A DNA stretch of 64,000 nt from Eledone cirrhosa. Lineage: Eukaryota. This document shows positions 60,489 to 64,000 of the stretch, piece after piece. Under the pieces are notes generated by a model. That model did no database searches. It was not told where the DNA came from and saw only the letters and a program-made list of their open reading frames with translations. The DNA is taken from the NCBI GenBank assembly GCA_964016885.1, contig OZ024740.1, positions 197,594,001-197,658,000 on the forward strand, in the 5' to 3' direction. Positions within the stretch are counted from its first letter, which is position 1, and each line of letters begins with the position of its first letter. The translations under genes and the position numbers were made by a program.

Positions 60489-61603
60489 ATGAATTGATGT
60501 ATGACATACCCCAACTGTCTTGATGGTTTAATTCCAGTCTTGGCAGTGGTTTATTATAACAAAACTCAATATTTATATACCCGAAGAAAAAATAACATGA
60601 CAAACTAAATATGATGAAGAGAGGGATGTGGAGCAAGATATAAGTATCAAGAGGGGGTGGGTATGAGAACATATAGAAGAAATAAATAAACACATAAGTA
60701 CATAAATGTTAAAATATTTAAATGCGTAAACATCCGTGTTAGAGAAGAAACAGAAGAAATATATATATATATATATATATATAATTCACGTTTAATTCAC
60801 GTTCTAGCTAGTCTGATGTCCGGGCATATGTAGATTAAACAAAGGACGAAAAGCGCATAACAACCCCATCCCACTGTGTTCAATATTTCTGTCAGCGTTA
60901 TTTAGTCGGATTGTGAAAATATGTAAATAAATAAAAATCTTGAATATGGTTAATTCCATTGGAAATCGAAGAGTGGCACGTTTGGTTATGATTTCGTGCC
61001 TAAAGGCATTTTGCGACTTTGCCTTATTTTCTTTGTATCCATTGTGGCCGAAACGGAAGTTAATAGCTAATTTTGACCACCGTTTCATTTCAAGTGTCAT
61101 CGGATGTGTTTGCTAATGTTACCTTGAAATAACGGCAATTGAAATCAATTTGTGTGTGTGTGTATATGCGTGTTTGTGTGTTTATGTGTTTATGTATGTT
61201 TATGTCTATCTACGAGTATGTATGTTATGAATGTGTATGTGTATATGCGTGTCTACGTGTGTATGTATGTGTATATATGTGTATGTATGTATACGTGTGT
61301 TATAACATAAACTGAATAGAAGCCAATTCTATACAACGAATTTACTTATCTGAAAAATCGATAATGTTTCCGCCGCTCTGTCCCAATGCCCCCTACCTTC
61401 TTTACAGCCTCAATACCCCTTCCCCCACTCCCACGAGGAGTGTAAATTCAAGCAAGCACGAACGAAGTCAAGGCTTCACCATAAATGAACTTGCATATGA
61501 CAATTATTTTTGATCTAACAGCTCAGAGTTCGATCTTAATGGTTGGTGCCCGATTCTGCACCAACATCTCATCAGATACGCGTTCGTAGGGATATAACAC
61601 ATT

Positions 61604-61671
<68 letters not shown>

Positions 61672-61679
61672 ATATATAC

Positions 61680-61743
<64 letters not shown>

Positions 61744-61789
61744 AGTACCTAAGTAGAGTTTTCACATTCAATGGTATTGCTCACCGAAC

Positions 61790-61818
61790 TTGGCTGATGA
61801 TCGTGTGATAAACAGGCG

Positions 61819-61868
<50 letters not shown>

Positions 61869-61982
61869 CCATCCGTTTATCGAACCAACCAATCGACCGG
61901 AAATTTATAATAAATTGAAGTGAAAACAACATGTGCGTGTCTTTTTATTGGCAGCATGACCCTCCCCAAATACAACAATATC
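61790..61982 (+). mobile_element. pLTR-like fragment whose hammerhead core runs into (TA)n
   Basis: CTGATGA tcgtgtgataaacaggc GAAA (TA)n; terminus shared with 37467-37492. Confidence 0.55.
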
Positions 61983-62031
61983 TGTTTCAACACACGTATT
62001 CAGATAAAAAATCCTGCAAAACAAATTCAAG

Positions 62032-62126
<95 letters not shown>

Positions 62127-62127
62127 T

Positions 62128-62415
62128 TTAATTGAACTTACCGTGTCATTTGAAAGTAGATTACAAGAAGTACACGTATTCAATATCGAAAATACGCGAG
62201 TTTGGTCAACAGCCGGAGGGAAACCGACTTCCGAGTCAAAATTCTCGCCATAGAAGCTGGGGCCAGAAGTTTTGTGGGCCTATCTGTCTACAAACTCATG
62301 AAACAACTTTTAGTCCCTGAGAAGACAAGGACCAAAGCCCTAAATGCAATATCAGAGGTAGCGGAAAGGAGTTCCAGCTGGATTTGGCCGAGGAGGAACA
62401 AAAACGACCTCCATA
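62128..62415 (+). mobile_element. HERO/NeSL-type RLE C-terminal fragment
   Basis: IELTVSFE..AIEAGARSFVG..ISEVAERSSSWIWPRR. Confidence 0.7.
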
Positions 62416-63041
62416 CCACGTGGGAGGTATCGTGCTTGTATTTTAGTGCAAGCTAAGGGAAATAATTCTGAGTCTGTCGTGATCTGTAGTGTTGGTGGTG
62501 GTCAACCTCACCTATAATCCATTCCAGGTCGATAAAATGTACCAGTCTTGTATTGGGGATAATTCTTCCACTGTCTCTCTTTCTCACTTACAATCTCTCA
62601 ATCTCTATCCTTCTCTGGAAGAAATCTGCTATATTCAGACCAGGAGAGGGATGGGCTCCATCTGGCTTTAAAATGCCCTAGAAACACCGTATGTCAATAC
62701 GGAGCCCCTACGACTCGTTCAGAAGTTTCGGCACCAACCATCCATATCTTTTTTTACTTTGACACACTCATCTATTGAATTACTATATTCTTATGGTGCA
62801 CAAATTCTTGACCATTCTATATATGCATGTAATGTTTATGGAGTATCTTAACGTTGATAAATTAGAAACCGAAACTAACGAAATGAAAAGAGTATTTTTT
62901 ACCCTTACATCATTCTAAAACGTATCTCACCCCTGCTATCAATTTATGATAACACTAAATAGTTCTAACAATATACCAGTAATTTACTTTAGCTTTTGCT
63001 GTTTTTTTTTATTATTGCTATATTAGTGAATCGCGCTATTA

Positions 63042-63233
63042 ATAATTGTTTCTACTTTAGGCACAAGGCCAGCAATTACCCAGTGTATTACTGGTACTTT
63101 ATTTTATCGACCCAGTAAGGATGAAAGGTAAAGTTAACCTCGGCGGGATTTGAACTCAGAATGGCAAGGGCCGTAACTCTATGCGTCAAAGCATGGCGTC
63201 CGACCTTCTACCGATACTGTCAATCCACCGCCC
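63042..63233 (-). mobile_element. Full-length SINE with target-site duplication
   Basis: Family motifs; ctattaataat on both sides. Confidence 0.9.
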
Positions 63234-63514
63234 TATTAATAATGATAGTGCGCGTTCGTATGGTTTGTAAGTCATAACTGTAATTTTCACTCTTACAGTT
63301 CTATACACACACACATACAAGCACACACGTGCCTGGACACACACTCACACATATACATATATGTATATAAATATATAAATATAGGCACAGACACACACAC
63401 GTGCAAACACACATACACATAGTTTTTTATTATTAATATTTAGCTATGGATTCCCCCCCGGGGACGAATGAAAAGCTGTGAAAAACTACTTAATATCGTA
63501 GTAGAATGGAATGG

Positions 63515-63559
<45 letters not shown>

Positions 63560-63639
63560 ATATCTATCTATCTATCTCTCTCTATATATATACATATACA
63601 CACATATATATGCATACACACACACACACATATAAATAA

Positions 63640-63685
<46 letters not shown>

Positions 63686-63868
63686 TTCCGTGTGGGTATG
63701 TTTTCATTATATACCACCATAATTGTTAATCATTTCATTCCACTTGCCGTTAAGATACATTATAGTGATGAATCTTCTTCTTCTTCTTCTTCTTCTTCTT
63801 CTTCTTCTTCTTCTTCTTCTTCTTCTTCTTCTTCTTCCCATCATTATCCTATCTCCCTCCCCTTCCAG

Positions 63869-64000
63869 ATCAAGTGTACAGACGAGTAAGGAAACCTTAA
63901 AAGAGGAAATTAAACAACATGGAATCGGACCTAAAGATTTTGCAATGCAGTTCGGTGTTGTGATAGAATATAAAATAATATGTGACACAATAAATATAAA
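63869..64000 (+). CDS. Candidate host exon running off the window end
   Basis: ctccctccccttccAG acceptor then open frame SSVQTSKETLKEEIKQHGIGPKDFAMQFG.. Confidence 0.25.

Noticed and set aside
61520-61580. Minus-strand CTGATGA with GTTGGTGC/GCACCAAC hairpin
   Set aside because: Second core reads GAAC and no stem I or III is evident; not counted

Overview
AT-rich, repeat-saturated animal genomic DNA. The tRNA-head SINE, the Helitron ends and the (CA)/(TA)/(TGTA)/(ATCT) microsatellite load suggest a cephalopod such as Octopus; this is inference. No host gene is securely identified, and most ORF-track entries are microsatellite translations. Autonomous-type elements: two tandem Tx1/L1-clade LINEs in (ATCT)n, an RTE, an R4/Dong-type LINE, a HERO/NeSL fragment, and three Penelope-like (PLE) lineages, one with an open RT+GIY-YIG ORF carrying an Asn-rich insert. 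Non-autonomous elements: Helitrons, SINEs and an RTE-dependent element. The most notable signal is about 20 minimal type-I hammerhead ribozyme (HHR) motifs in short non-coding elements, mostly beside or inside (TA)n. They occur in tandem ~430-nt and ~540-nt retrozyme-like units and in fold-back palindromes, and five cores share a compensatory U3-A8 variant. All motifs were read by eye, so coordinates are approximate and ribozyme activity is untested.
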